Shown here in pieces: positions 25,787 through 36,231 of a stretch of 64,000 nt of DNA. Both the position numbers and the translations under genes were made by a program. This stretch comes from Myxococcota bacterium (lineage in GTDB: Bacteria > Myxococcota_A > UBA796 > UBA2385). The DNA is taken from positions 64,001 to 128,000 of the forward strand of contig JBIJDH010000019.1 of the NCBI GenBank assembly GCA_044344255.1, read 5' to 3'. How positions within the stretch are numbered: position 1 is the first letter of the stretch; each line of letters begins with the position of its first letter. The notes under the pieces are model-generated. The model ran no database searches. It had not been told where the DNA came from and worked only from the letters and a program-made list of their open reading frames with translations.

Positions 25787-27036
25787 GGGCCGTCCTCCTC
25801 GCCCTCGCGCTCGCCACCGGCTGCCTCACCGCGGGCGCGGCGCGGGCCGAGGAGCCCGCCGAGGAGATCGATCACGACGACACCATCGGCGGCAAGCGGC
25901 CGAAGACGGTGGTGGCCGAGCCCTCCGGCCCGGTCGACAACACGGGCTACGCCGCCGGCCTCGCCCGCCACCAGGGCAAAGAGTTCCCCGCCGTCGAGAT
26001 GCTCGGCGCCGAGTGGCTCGGCCTGCAGCCGGTCTTCTTGCACGACACGCGCGTCGGCATCGAGCAGCTCTACCGGGGCGACTACAAGGCCGCCAAGGCG
26101 CACTTCGACAGCCTCGGCATCAAGTACCGCGGCAGCGGCGTGGCGCCGGTGGGGCAGCTCCTGATCTGGCAGGCGCTGATGATCGAGAACTTCGACTTTC
26201 GCTACGACAGCCAGTACCGCAATTCCTACAAGATCTCTCGGCAGGAGCTCCAGCAGGCCCTGCTCGTGCCCGGCAACGAAGCCTGGGAGTACTTCCTCCA
26301 GGCGAGCGTGCTCGGCGTCGACGCGATCCACCTCCTGCGGAAGGAGGAGTGGGTGACCGCCGTGGGCCGCGGCTACGAGGCGCTGAAGTCGGTCGAGAAG
26401 GTGCGCCAGCTCGCCCCCCGCTTCGTCGATGTGCAGCTCGGCGACGGTCTGTTCAACTACTGGACCACCGTGATCTCCATGTCTACGAAGTCGATCCCCG
26501 ACACCGGTGACAACCGGCAGAAGGGCATCGCCCAGATGCGGCAGGTCGAGCAGCAGGGCATCTTCCTCGGCCCCGCCGCGACGCTGGGGCTCACCTTCAC
26601 CTGGATCGAGGAGGGAAAGAACAAGACCGCCCTCGAGTGTGCGCTCCGAAACCACAAGGCCTACCCGAGCAACGTGATCAACACGCTCATCCTCGGGCGG
26701 GTCTACTCCTACAACCGGGCCTACCCGGACGCCGAGCGGGTCTACAAGGAGGTCGTGGCCTCCTCCCCCAACAACCAGCGGGTGCACTACTACCTCGGGC
26801 TGCTCTACCTCCGCTGGAACAAGCTCCCCGAGGCCGAGGCCAGCCTCGACCGCTACCTCGCCTTCACCGACCTCTCCCCCACCTTCCGCGCCAGCGCCCT
26901 GTACTACAAGGGCGCGCTCTACCAGCGGAAGCAGGACATCCCGACGGCCAAGAAGTACTACCAGGACGCCGTGCGGATCGGGAAGATGAAGCGGGCGCAG
27001 CAGCGGCTCGACAAGCTGGCCAAGCAGGGGAAGTGA
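25783..27036 (+). CDS. Exported TPR-repeat protein
   Basis: Signal peptide; C-terminal TPR-like helical repeats. Confidence 0.7.
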   Translation: MRAVLLALALATGCLTAGAARAEEPAEEIDHDDTIGGKRPKTVVAEPSGPVDNTGYAAGLARHQGKEFPAVEMLGAEWLGLQPVFLHDTRVGIEQLYRGDYKAAKAHFDSLGIKYRGSGVAPVGQLLIWQALMIENFDFRYDSQYRNSYKISRQELQQALLVPGNEAWEYFLQASVLGVDAIHLLRKEEWVTAVGRGYEALKSVEKVRQLAPRFVDVQLGDGLFNYWTTVISMSTKSIPDTGDNRQKGIAQMRQVEQQGIFLGPAATLGLTFTWIEEGKNKTALECALRNHKAYPSNVINTLILGRVYSYNRAYPDAERVYKEVVASSPNNQRVHYYLGLLYLRWNKLPEAEASLDRYLAFTDLSPTFRASALYYKGALYQRKQDIPTAKKYYQDAVRIGKMKRAQQRLDKLAKQGK

Positions 27037-27069
27037 CCGGCCCGGGCGCCGCCCGCCCCCCGCGCACCT

Positions 27070-28371
27070 TCAGGGCTGGACGCCCACCGCCCCGACGATG
27101 CCCTCGAGGCTGCTGCCGAGGGCCGTCACGCCCTGGTCGGTGACCGCGGGGCCCGGGGAGAGCTGCAGCACCCGCAGGCCCTCCACCTCGGAGACGAGCA
27201 CGAGGCCGGCCAGCGCGCCGCGGGTGACCTGGGCCAGGGCGCCGGGGAGCTGGGGGCGGCCGCCCACATAGCTGGGCTCGCCCTGGGCTTGGAGCGGCTC
27301 GCTGGCGTCGGGGTCGGCGGCGAAGAGCAGCAGGGCGTCGCCGTAGCCGGAGGCGACGAAGAAGCCGTCGCCGTGGGCGGAGGCGACGAGCGCGATGGGG
27401 TCCTCTACGTCGAGCACGCCCCGGGCCGTGAGCGTGCCGGCCTCGGCGTCTACGCCCACCGCGGCGATGCGGGTGGGGACGCCGGAGAACTCGCTCACGT
27501 CGGTGATGAGGGCGAGGCGGTCGTCGAAGCTGAGCGCGGCGTCGCCCACGTAGGACTCATCGTCGCCGAAGGCATCGACGGTGGCGCTCACGAGGCCGTC
27601 GGCGAGGGCGAGGCGGGCCATGTCGGAGCGCCCGGCCTCCCCGCCCACCTCCCGGGCGACGAACAAGGCGTGGTCGAGCGCGTGGCGGAGCAGGAGCAGG
27701 CGGGCGCCGAGCTTCGACGGGGTGAGGAGGGTGGGCTCTCCGAGCGCGCCGGTCTCACAGTCGATGGGGGCCCGGTAGAGGCCGCCGCCGTTGTTCGCCC
27801 AGTTGCCATCGACCACGTAGAGCCACTCTCCGCTCGGGTCGACAGCGAGGCCCCCCGCGTAGAGGCCGCCGCCGCTCCAGCCGGGGTCGACCACCGAGAC
27901 CTCGGGCGCGGCGCCCACCTCGGCGGGCATGGTGAAGACGCCGATGGTGCCGTCGTCCTGAGCCGCGAAGCCCACCCGGGCGTCGGGGGTGAAGGCCACG
28001 GTGCCATAGTTGGCCCGGCCCATCGTGAAGCGGAGGCCGTCGGGGTCGAGCGCGCCGTCGGCGTCGAGGCGGGCGGCCACCCAGGTGTCGCTCTGATCGC
28101 CGTCGGCGTCGTAGGGCAGGGCGGCGACGACGAGGCGGTCGCGATCGGCGGCGGGGGGCGTGGCCCGGCAACCCTCTGCCTCGGGGAGGGGCTCGCCGGT
28201 GTCCGAGCCACCGTCGCTCCCGTCACTACCGTCACTTCCGTCGGCGCCGTCGCTCCCATCGGCGCCGTCGCCCCCGTCACTCCCGTCGGAGCCGCCCGCC
28301 TTATCACCCTTTTCCGCAGCGCAGCCGACGAGGAGGCCCATCAGCACGACGACATCGACGAGGCGTGTCAT
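27070..28371 (-). CDS. Lipoprotein, probable beta-propeller, with GSDG linker
   Basis: LLVGC lipobox, (GSD/GAD)n linker, propeller-like strands (VAFTPD, AVDPSGEWLYV). Confidence 0.65.
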   Translation of the reverse strand: MTRLVDVVVLMGLLVGCAAEKGDKAGGSDGSDGGDGADGSDGADGSDGSDGSDGGSDTGEPLPEAEGCRATPPAADRDRLVVAALPYDADGDQSDTWVAARLDADGALDPDGLRFTMGRANYGTVAFTPDARVGFAAQDDGTIGVFTMPAEVGAAPEVSVVDPGWSGGGLYAGGLAVDPSGEWLYVVDGNWANNGGGLYRAPIDCETGALGEPTLLTPSKLGARLLLLRHALDHALFVAREVGGEAGRSDMARLALADGLVSATVDAFGDDESYVGDAALSFDDRLALITDVSEFSGVPTRIAAVGVDAEAGTLTARGVLDVEDPIALVASAHGDGFFVASGYGDALLLFAADPDASEPLQAQGEPSYVGGRPQLPGALAQVTRGALAGLVLVSEVEGLRVLQLSPGPAVTDQGVTALGSSLEGIVGAVGVQP

Positions 28372-28373
28372 GG

Positions 28374-28799
28374 TCAGACCCCCGCGAGCTGGTAGAGCAT
28401 CAGGTAGACGAGCACGCCGGTCACCGAGACGTAGAGCCAGACGGGCAGCGTGAGCTTGACCACCTTCTTGTGCTGTTCGAACTTACCCTTCCAGGCGAAG
28501 TAAATGGCGGAGACCGCGCCGAAGGGCACCGTGGCGGCCAGGATGACGTGGCTCGCCAGCATCACGAGGTAGAAGCTGCGCCCCGGCGCGCTCTCGGGGT
28601 AGGGGTGCGTGCCGGAGAGGGCCACCCGGGTGAGGTAGCTCACCAGGAAGACCGCCGAGATCCCAAAGGCGCCGAGCATCGCTCGCCGGTGCCCCTCCCG
28701 GTTCCCCTGGCGGATCAACCACCAGCCGAGGAGGAGGGAGAGGCCCGAGAGGCCGTTGAGGGTGGCGTTGAGGGCGGCGAGGCGGTCGGCGAGTTCCAT
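28374..28799 (-). CDS. DUF420 family membrane protein
   Basis: LNATLN, HRRAML, FLVSY, H.K......PVWLYVSVTGV.VY.MLY. Confidence 0.9.
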   Translation of the reverse strand: MELADRLAALNATLNGLSGLSLLLGWWLIRQGNREGHRRAMLGAFGISAVFLVSYLTRVALSGTHPYPESAPGRSFYLVMLASHVILAATVPFGAVSAIYFAWKGKFEQHKKVVKLTLPVWLYVSVTGVLVYLMLYQLAGV

Positions 28800-28878
28800 G
28801 GGCGGCCCCCTACCACGGGCCCCGGCACCCTCCCAGCACGAGGGCCCGAGCGGTCCCAGCAAGGGTTACGGCGGCCCC

Positions 28879-30591
28879 ATGCGCACCTTCTCCGGCCGTC
28901 CATGGGCCCTCCGCGCGGCCGAGCTCCCCGGGGCCGCCGCCCTCTCCGCCCGCACCGGCCTCCCCGCCGCCGCCGCCGCCTGCCTGCTCTCGCGGGCCGG
29001 CCCCGAGGCCGACCGCTGGCTCCGCCCCGCCTTCGCCCACCTGCACGACCCCTACGCCATGGCCGGGATGGAGGTGGCGGTGGCGCGGGTCCGGCGGGCG
29101 GTCGAGCGCGGGGAGCACGTGCGCATCGTCACCGACTACGACGTCGACGGCACCACCTCGAGCCTCATCCTCCAGAGCGCGCTCCGCCTGCTCGGCGTCG
29201 CCCGGCTGAGCTACCACATCCCCGACCGCTTCGTCGAAGGCTACGGCTTCTCGCGCCTCGCCGCTGAGCAGGCGGGGGCAGACGGCGTGGGCCTCCTCAT
29301 CACCGCGGACATCGGCGTCCGCGACCACGAGGCGGTAGACCGCGCCGCCGCGCTCGGCGTCGACGTCATCATCTGCGACCACCACCTGCCGGCCGGGGAG
29401 GCCGTGCCCGAGCGGGCGCTCACCGTGCTCTGCCCGCCCCAGGTGGGCTGCGGCTACCCGAACAAGGCGCTGGCGGCCTGCGGGGTCTCCCTCAAGCTGG
29501 CCCAGGCCTTGCTCAGCGCCCTGCCCCGCTTCGCCGACCCCGCCGCCCTCGAGCGGGTGCTGCGCTCGATGTTGAAGGTGGCGGCGATCGGGACGGTGGC
29601 CGACGTGGTCGACCTCTCCACCCTCGAGAACCGCGCCATCGTCGCGCTGGGCCTGGAAGAGCTACAGCGCGGGCGGCACTCGCCGGGGCTCCGCGCCCTG
29701 CTCGACTGCGCCGGACTGAAGGCGGGGCCCATCACCGCCGAGGACCTCGGCTTCCGGGTCGGCCCCCGCATCAACGCCGCTGGCCGCCTCGAGCGCGCCA
29801 CCGCGGTGATCGAGCTCTTCGACGAGTCGGACCCTGAGGAGGCCGCCCGCCGGGCCGGCGAGCTCGACCAGCTCAACCGGGCGCGCCAGGGCATCCAGGA
29901 GGAGCTCGTCGACAAGGTGATGGGGCAGCTCCCCGACCCCCTGCCCGCCTTCCTCCTCGCCGCCGGCCCCGAGGCCGAGGGCTGGCACCGCGGCGTCGTC
30001 GGCATCGTCGCCGCCCGCGTGCGCGACCGCGCCGACCGCCCCGCCGCCGTGGCCGCCATCTACGGCGACTTCGCGCACGGCAGCGTGCGCTCGCCCCCGA
30101 CCGTGCACGCCGTCCACGCCCTCGACACCGTCGCCGACCTGCTCGTGCGCTACGGCGGGCACGCCGCCGCCGCCGGCTTCACCGCCCGGGTCGCCGACCT
30201 CCCTGCGCTCTCCCGCCGCCTCGCGGACTACGCCGCCCCCCGCCTCGGCGGCGAGGCCCTGCCCCTCGAGCTCGACGCCGCCTGCCCGATCAGCCTCGTC
30301 GGCCCCGAGCTCGTCACCGCGATGGAGCGGCTCGGCCCCCACGGTAAGGGCAACCCCCAGCCCCTGCTGCGCATCGACGGCGTGCGCCCCACTGGGGTGC
30401 GCACGATGAAGGACAAGCACCTCGGCTTCCGGGCGGGGGCGGTCGACGCCGTCTGGTGGGGGGCCGCCGAGCACGCCCCCCGGATGCAGGGGGCCCTCGA
30501 TCTCGTCGTCACGCTCGGCTGGAACGTCTATCGGGAACAGCGGCGCGTGCAGCTCACGGTGGTAGACGCGCGGCCGGCCGAGGGCCCCTGA
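28879..30591 (+). CDS. recJ: ssDNA-specific exonuclease RecJ (DHH family)
   Basis: DYDVDG, PDRFVEGYG, DHH, GTVADVV, PRINAAGRL, GGHAAAAG. Confidence 0.9.
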   Translation: MRTFSGRPWALRAAELPGAAALSARTGLPAAAAACLLSRAGPEADRWLRPAFAHLHDPYAMAGMEVAVARVRRAVERGEHVRIVTDYDVDGTTSSLILQSALRLLGVARLSYHIPDRFVEGYGFSRLAAEQAGADGVGLLITADIGVRDHEAVDRAAALGVDVIICDHHLPAGEAVPERALTVLCPPQVGCGYPNKALAACGVSLKLAQALLSALPRFADPAALERVLRSMLKVAAIGTVADVVDLSTLENRAIVALGLEELQRGRHSPGLRALLDCAGLKAGPITAEDLGFRVGPRINAAGRLERATAVIELFDESDPEEAARRAGELDQLNRARQGIQEELVDKVMGQLPDPLPAFLLAAGPEAEGWHRGVVGIVAARVRDRADRPAAVAAIYGDFAHGSVRSPPTVHAVHALDTVADLLVRYGGHAAAAGFTARVADLPALSRRLADYAAPRLGGEALPLELDAACPISLVGPELVTAMERLGPHGKGNPQPLLRIDGVRPTGVRTMKDKHLGFRAGAVDAVWWGAAEHAPRMQGALDLVVTLGWNVYREQRRVQLTVVDARPAEGP

Positions 30592-30628
30592 GGCGGGTGG
30601 CGCCCTCGCCCCGCGACCCGGGCGGCCC

Positions 30629-31720
30629 TCAGAGGCGGTGCGCCCGCTGGAGCTCGCCCACCTGCCGCGCGGTGGCGAGGAGCTCGGCCTCACCGCCCTC
30701 AAAGGTGGTCGGCAGGGCCTGGGCCTCCCCGCCGCGCCGGCCGAGCTGGCGCGCGAGCTTGAGCAGGAGCGCCCCCGCCTCTCGAGCGTGGCCGCTCTGC
30801 TGGTGGAGGCTGCCGAGCAGGCGGAGGTCGCGGTCCACCGAGCCCCGGTGCGCCGGGCTCTCGGGGCGCAGCGGGCCGAAGCGGCGACCGACGCTCCACA
30901 AGAGCGCCGCGTAGATCAGCCCGAGGTGGCCCATCAGGAGGTCGAAGGGCAGCGCGGTGGCCTCCACCGCCTCGGGGGACCGCGCCTGCTGGCCCTGGTG
31001 CCAGGCGTCGAAGTAGAGGCCCCGGCGGGTGTCGAGCTCGGCCATCGCCACGTCGAGCAGGGCGAGGTTGCCGGCCTCCTGGAGGTAGCCGTTCGTCCAG
31101 GGGCCAGCGCTCGGCAGCACGAGCACCGTCCCGCGGTGGAGGCGCCGGAGCTGCACCACCGGGTCGCCCTCGGGGCCGCGGAAGAGGCCACGGGCGCCCA
31201 CCGTCGGCACCACCTGGGCGCCGCCGCGGGGGTAGCGCAGCGGCGCGGTGAGCACCCAGGGGGAGCTGGGGTCCGGCGTCGCCTCGTGGACGGTCTCGGC
31301 GAAGGTGAGGGCCGCGCCGAGGCTGTCGGGGGGCTCGACCTCCTCGGCGGCCACGTCGAGCTCGAGGGCGAGGTGGAGGGGCGCCTCGAAGGCGCCGGGC
31401 AGGCCGCCGGAGGGCAGCAGCACGACGTCTCCGCCCACGAGCAGCCAACGGCGGAGCGCGTCGGCGTCGGTCGACGTGAAGGGGACGCGCAGGGGCTCGA
31501 TGAGCACCAGCACGCCCGGGGCCAAGGGGAGCTCGCTCAAGGGGCGCTCCCAGGCGACCGGGGCGTGCCCCCGCAGCTCGAGGTAGCGGAACAGGGCCCG
31601 GAGGCCGCCGGCTCGGCGGCTGGTCACGGTGGGCCCCTCGTCGGGGGGCGTCGAGAGCAAGCCGGCGACCGCGATCCCGATCAGGCTCGTGAGCGCGAGC
31701 ATCCAGGCGACCCGCTTCAC
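30629..31720 (-). CDS. DUF4350-like membrane protein
   Basis: N-terminal TM, G.RAL..YL motif, FD.WH, RRFGP; RDD/SpoIIM cluster context. Confidence 0.7.
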   Translation of the reverse strand: MKRVAWMLALTSLIGIAVAGLLSTPPDEGPTVTSRRAGGLRALFRYLELRGHAPVAWERPLSELPLAPGVLVLIEPLRVPFTSTDADALRRWLLVGGDVVLLPSGGLPGAFEAPLHLALELDVAAEEVEPPDSLGAALTFAETVHEATPDPSSPWVLTAPLRYPRGGAQVVPTVGARGLFRGPEGDPVVQLRRLHRGTVLVLPSAGPWTNGYLQEAGNLALLDVAMAELDTRRGLYFDAWHQGQQARSPEAVEATALPFDLLMGHLGLIYAALLWSVGRRFGPLRPESPAHRGSVDRDLRLLGSLHQQSGHAREAGALLLKLARQLGRRGGEAQALPTTFEGGEAELLATARQVGELQRAHRL

Positions 31721-32361
31721 GGCGACCTCAGCCCGCGCGCGACCTCGGCGAGGCCCCGCACCTCCGCGAGCTCCGGCGCGGCCTCCCCGTAGAGCAGCCG
31801 ATCGACCGAGCGCGCGAGGCCCTGGAGCGCCGTGAGGCCGTGCCAGTGGGGCTGGGCCTGCCGCACCGAGGCGACGAACTCCCGGTTGGTGACCTCGGGG
31901 CCGAAGCGCCCGAGGCCGCGCTGCTCGAGCGTGAGCGCCAGCCCCACCCAGAGCGCGCGGAGGGCGGCGCGCAGGTCTCCGCTGGCGAGGGCGCGGAGGA
32001 GGGCGTCGTCGGGGTCGGCGGGCAGGGCCAAGGGGACCACCGCGAGCGACGGCGGGGCCGCGGCGGCGGCCTGTCGGTGGCGGCGGCCCACGAGCCAGCG
32101 GCGGAGCTGCCAGAGGCCGAAGCCCAGCACGGCGAGGGCCAGCAGCGCGGCCACCCCCTCGACGAGCCAGAAGAGGAGCACCGGATCGATCCCCACCTCG
32201 GGCGCAGCGTCCCGGAGCCGCCCCCAGAGGTACCGGCCGAGGGTGGTGAGGCGCTCCGTGAGCCCGTCGTCCACCCGGCCTTCAATGTCCTCCTCGGCGA
32301 AGACCCGCTCCAGCAGGGCCGGATCGGGCAGGGCCCTCCCACCGCTCGGCTCAGCGGGCAT
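31717..32361 (-). CDS. DUF4129-like membrane protein
   Basis: TM segment, A.RAL, TNREF, LYG motifs. Confidence 0.7.
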   Translation of the reverse strand: MPAEPSGGRALPDPALLERVFAEEDIEGRVDDGLTERLTTLGRYLWGRLRDAAPEVGIDPVLLFWLVEGVAALLALAVLGFGLWQLRRWLVGRRHRQAAAAAPPSLAVVPLALPADPDDALLRALASGDLRAALRALWVGLALTLEQRGLGRFGPEVTNREFVASVRQAQPHWHGLTALQGLARSVDRLLYGEAAPELAEVRGLAEVARGLRSP

Positions 32362-32364
32362 GGC

Positions 32365-33270
32365 TCAGGCGCCTCGGGCTTCGAGACGCTGGTCGAGGGC
32401 CTGCCGGAGGTCTGTGCCCTCCATGAGGCGCCGCTGGTCCTGGTAGAAGGAGCCCCAGAGGATCGTGCCGTAGCTGCCGACGACGCCCATCCCGAGCCCG
32501 TTGAGCACGAGGGTGGGCATGACGGCCCACATCGGGGGTGAGATCGCGGCCGGGCTGGTGGCGAGGCCGGCGCTGATGCCCCGCAGCGTGTACCAGAGGG
32601 ACACGCAGAGGTTCGGCAGGCCCGTCACCGAGGTGATGGCGAGGCCGACGCCGAGCATGACGTGCAGCAGCAGCACGATGCGGAAGAGGGAGGACCCGCC
32701 GGCGCCGTTCGCCGGGCGGTAGTGGGCGACCCGCAAGCAGCGGCGGATGGCGTCGGGGGGCCACTCATCGCCAAAGACCGTGACCGCCGTGAGCGGGGCG
32801 AGCGCCATGATCGGGTAGAGGACCCCGAGCCCGCAGATACAGAGCGAGACGATGCCGATGGAGATGTAGATCAGCCAGCCCACCATGCTCGTCAGCCACC
32901 ACCGCAGGCGGAGCGCCGCCTTGTAGGCCTCGAAGAGGCTGAGGCTCCGCCCGGCCAGCAGCTCCCGGTAGGCCACCATCTTCGCGAGCTCCGCCCAGAT
33001 GGTGAGCACGACCGCGATCGCCCCCATCACGCCGAGCACGAGGTAGAAGCCCATCATCCGGCTGATGAGCCCCATCGGATCCCGGGACATCTCGGCGGGG
33101 TCGCCCATGATCCCCTTCATCATGCCCTGGTTGGCCACCTGGGCCACCACGCCGAAGAGCGTCGGCACGAGCGCGATGGGCACGAGGGTGCGCCAATGTT
33201 GAAGGAGGAAGCTGAGCGGCTGGTCGGCCAGCTCGGCGGTGGTGGTGGGGCTTGAGGTTTGGAGTCTCAC
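32365..33270 (-). CDS. Polytopic membrane protein, hypothetical
   Basis: About 6 TM segments, C-terminal Y.D.R...EG.DL typical of this cluster. Confidence 0.65.
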   Translation of the reverse strand: MRLQTSSPTTTAELADQPLSFLLQHWRTLVPIALVPTLFGVVAQVANQGMMKGIMGDPAEMSRDPMGLISRMMGFYLVLGVMGAIAVVLTIWAELAKMVAYRELLAGRSLSLFEAYKAALRLRWWLTSMVGWLIYISIGIVSLCICGLGVLYPIMALAPLTAVTVFGDEWPPDAIRRCLRVAHYRPANGAGGSSLFRIVLLLHVMLGVGLAITSVTGLPNLCVSLWYTLRGISAGLATSPAAISPPMWAVMPTLVLNGLGMGVVGSYGTILWGSFYQDQRRLMEGTDLRQALDQRLEARGA

Positions 33271-33283
33271 GGTCGGCGGCCCC

Positions 33284-34255
33284 TCAGGGTGTGCGCGCGC
33301 GGGGGGGGCCGACGCGCAGCGTGTAGAGCAGGAAGGTGGCCAGCAGGCCGATGCCCAGCGCCGCCTTGACCGGGGTGGGGATGTCCATCCGCGGCGAGAG
33401 GTTGCCCTCGAGGAGGCCGAGCAGCACGAACCAGGGCAGCGTGCCGGCCATCAGCAGGAAGGAGCGCCGCCCGCCCTCGGCGGCCGTGAGGCTGCGGGGG
33501 CGGTTCCCGGAGCCGACGAGGCCGCGAGTGAGCTCGAAGCCCGCCGCACCGGCGACGATGATCAGCGTGAGCTCGAGCGGCCCGTGCCCGCTGATGAAGG
33601 CGAAGACCCGGTCGAGCAGCTCATACCGCCAGCACAGCGCGAGCAGGCTCCCCACCATCGCCCCGTTGAAGAGCAGCAGCAGCGCCGTCCCCACGCCGAA
33701 CAGCCCGCCGAGGGCCCAGGCCTTCATGGCCACGCCCATGTTGTTCGTCGAGATGAAGCTCGAGAGGACCGAGCCGGGCATCGCCTCTCCGAGGTGGTCG
33801 GTCCAGATCGTGCCCCGCCGGAGGCCCGCCACCCCCTCCGCCCCGAAGAAGAGGTCGCCCACCGAGGGCACCGCCCCCGTGAGCACGAAGCCGAACAGCA
33901 GCCCGAACACGAAGAGCGAGAGGGCCGCCCGCACGGCGGGGAGCGAGCCGCGGAACACCTCCGGGTAGCCGGTGCGGAAGAAGCGGAGCAGGCGCGGACC
34001 CCAGGGGGGCTCCACCCCGGTGAACAGCCGGTGGCCCTGGAAGGAGAGGGCGCGCAGCCGGCGCTCGGCCTCTGTGCCCGGGAAGTGGGTGCGAGCCCAG
34101 GCGAAGTCGGAGAGCACCCGACGATGGGCCGCGGCGAGCTGCTCCACCTCGGCGAGGTCAAGGCGCCCGAGCCCGCCGGTCTTCACGCGGCCGAGCAGGC
34201 GCTCAGCGGCCTCCCAGTCGGGGCCGCCACGGCGCAAGAAGGCCGGGTAGTCCAC
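33284..34255 (-). CDS. Stage II sporulation protein M (SpoIIM/DUF95) family membrane protein
   Basis: TNN..VA, FNG.MVG, HGPLEL, EG.LSP. Confidence 0.85.
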   Translation of the reverse strand: MDYPAFLRRGGPDWEAAERLLGRVKTGGLGRLDLAEVEQLAAAHRRVLSDFAWARTHFPGTEAERRLRALSFQGHRLFTGVEPPWGPRLLRFFRTGYPEVFRGSLPAVRAALSLFVFGLLFGFVLTGAVPSVGDLFFGAEGVAGLRRGTIWTDHLGEAMPGSVLSSFISTNNMGVAMKAWALGGLFGVGTALLLLFNGAMVGSLLALCWRYELLDRVFAFISGHGPLELTLIIVAGAAGFELTRGLVGSGNRPRSLTAAEGGRRSFLLMAGTLPWFVLLGLLEGNLSPRMDIPTPVKAALGIGLLATFLLYTLRVGPPRARTP

Positions 34256-34258
34256 CGA

Positions 34259-34984
34259 TCAGCCCGTCACGGCGAAGGCGGCGCGAAGCGAGGGGAGCGG
34301 GCTCTTGAGGTCAGCCCCCTCGGGCAGGAAGCCTGGGTGATCACGCCGAATCCAGGTGAGCAGCTTGCGCGCGAGGTCGAGCTGCGCCGCCACCTCCATG
34401 CCGTCCACCCGCGCGAAGAAGGCCTCGACCAGCACGACGTCCTCGGCGCGGAAGCCCTCGGGGAAGCGGGTGGGCCGGGGGGCGGCGCGCGCCTCCCGCT
34501 CGACCACCACCACGGTGCCGGCGAAACGATCGCCGAGGCGCTGGTGGCGCTCGGTGAGCACCATCGAGGCCACCCCGATGGCGCCCCCGCCGGGGAAGAG
34601 GTCGAGCGGCCGCGCCAGGTTGCGGATGAGAGAGCCCACCACGCCGACGTCTCCGCCGTCAGCGGTCACCACCCGGAGGCCCACGAGGCGCTTGCCGGGG
34701 GTCTGCCCGTTCCAGGCCTGCTCGAAGGCGATGAACCAGCCCATCTCCAGGGTGAACCACCCGACGATGAGGAGGGCGACGAAGATGCCCCACTGGTCGG
34801 TGTCGGCGATGACAGAGCCCATCACGCCGAGGACCTGGAGCACGAGGATCAGCACCAGCGCGATGAGGAGCAGGCAGAGCCAGTCGGCGAGGTAAGCGAG
34901 GCTGCGGCTGCCGGCCGAGGCCAGGGGGAGCTCGAGGGGAACATCGAGGGCGCCGATGAAGCGCCCCTGGTCAGACTCGGGCAT
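34259..34984 (-). CDS. RDD family protein
   Basis: LAS.GSR.LAYL.D, GQTPGKR..GLRVV, RNL.R..D, QRLGD..AGT.VV. Confidence 0.9.
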   Translation of the reverse strand: MPESDQGRFIGALDVPLELPLASAGSRSLAYLADWLCLLLIALVLILVLQVLGVMGSVIADTDQWGIFVALLIVGWFTLEMGWFIAFEQAWNGQTPGKRLVGLRVVTADGGDVGVVGSLIRNLARPLDLFPGGGAIGVASMVLTERHQRLGDRFAGTVVVVEREARAAPRPTRFPEGFRAEDVVLVEAFFARVDGMEVAAQLDLARKLLTWIRRDHPGFLPEGADLKSPLPSLRAAFAVTG

Positions 34985-35091
34985 CTCGGAGCCTCAGGGC
35001 GGGGGGAGATCGGTGCGGTCACCGCGGAGAACATGGCCCATCACCGCACCCGGGGCAAGCGGGGCGCAGTACACTCCCCTCGGAGGTCCCC

Positions 35092-36189
35092 ATGCGCCCA
35101 CCCGCTGCCCTGCTCTCCGCCGCCGGGGCGCTCGCCCTCGCCGCCGCGCTGCTCCCCGCCTGCTCCGGCGACAAGGGCTCGACCGGCGCCGACAGCGCCG
35201 CCGAGGGGGACGCCGACACCGACGCCGACGCCGACGCAGACTCTGACACCGACATCGACGTCGACTGCGAGGCCCGCCTCGCCGAGGGCAAGTTCTTCCC
35301 GGACGGGGCCGTCTGGTTCGAGGACGTGAGCGGCGCACCCACCGACCCCACCTCCGAGGAGGTCATCACCTTCCTCCAGGGCTACGGCTGGGGCCTCGGC
35401 CGCCTCCAGATCGACTTCTCGATCGAGGTGCTCACCGCCGACGCCGACACCCCGAAGATGAGCTTCGACCCCAGCCCCGACTATTTCTACAGCCCGGACT
35501 GCGACCAGCAGGACATCCCCATCCCCGAGGGCGGCGCCCTCGAAGGTGAGGCGGGGTACTCCTGCTCCGACTACGAGAACAGCGACTGCCACCTGATCGT
35601 CGCCGACTGCGACGCCGGCCGCCTCTACGAGATGTGGAAGGCCGACATCGACGGCGCGAATTTCCAGGGGGGCTGCCTCGCCGTCTGGGACATGAACACG
35701 GTCTACGGGCCGGAGGGGCGCGGTGAACAGTGCACGAGCGCCGACGCCGCCGGCTACCCGATCGCGCAGCTCCTCTTCACCGCCGATGAGGTGGCGGCCG
35801 GCCACATCGACCACGCCATCCGCTTCATCCTGCCGAACGACGCCATCCGCGACAGCGGCTTCATCGCGCCGGCCACGCACGCCACCACCGCCGGGGACGA
35901 CCCGCCGAGCGGGGTCCTCTACGGCGCCCACCTTCGCCTGCGCGCCGACTACCCCGTCGACACGCTGCCGAACGAGGCCTCCAAGGTGGTGGCCCGGGCG
36001 CTGCAGACCTACGGGATGTACCTCGCCGACGGCGGCAACGTAGCGCTCACGGCCCGCAGCGACCGCTCCACCACCGCGAAGTGGGCCGACCTCATGGAGT
36101 CGCGTGACCTCGAGGACATCGAGCCCGCCGACTTCGAGCTCCTCGAGATGGGGCCCGAGATCCCGCTCACCTTTGACTGCGCGCGCTGA
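35092..36189 (+). CDS. Lipoprotein of unknown function with DADTD linker
   Basis: LPAC lipobox; RLYE, TSADAAG.PI, IDHAIRF, ALQTYGM motifs; TACACT and GGAGG upstream. Confidence 0.7.
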   Translation: MRPPAALLSAAGALALAAALLPACSGDKGSTGADSAAEGDADTDADADADSDTDIDVDCEARLAEGKFFPDGAVWFEDVSGAPTDPTSEEVITFLQGYGWGLGRLQIDFSIEVLTADADTPKMSFDPSPDYFYSPDCDQQDIPIPEGGALEGEAGYSCSDYENSDCHLIVADCDAGRLYEMWKADIDGANFQGGCLAVWDMNTVYGPEGRGEQCTSADAAGYPIAQLLFTADEVAAGHIDHAIRFILPNDAIRDSGFIAPATHATTAGDDPPSGVLYGAHLRLRADYPVDTLPNEASKVVARALQTYGMYLADGGNVALTARSDRSTTAKWADLMESRDLEDIEPADFELLEMGPEIPLTFDCAR

Positions 36190-36231
36190 GCCCCTCGCCT
36201 CGGGGCGCGCGGCTCAGCCCGTCACTGCCGT

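Noticed and set aside
33284..34255. Evidence for endospore formation from SpoIIM
   Set aside because: The family is widespread in non-sporulating bacteria within this RDD cluster
34259..34272. Same TCAGCCCGTCAC sequence at the RDD and CobW gene ends
   Set aside because: Only 12 bp in very high-GC DNA (both proteins end AVTG); likely chance
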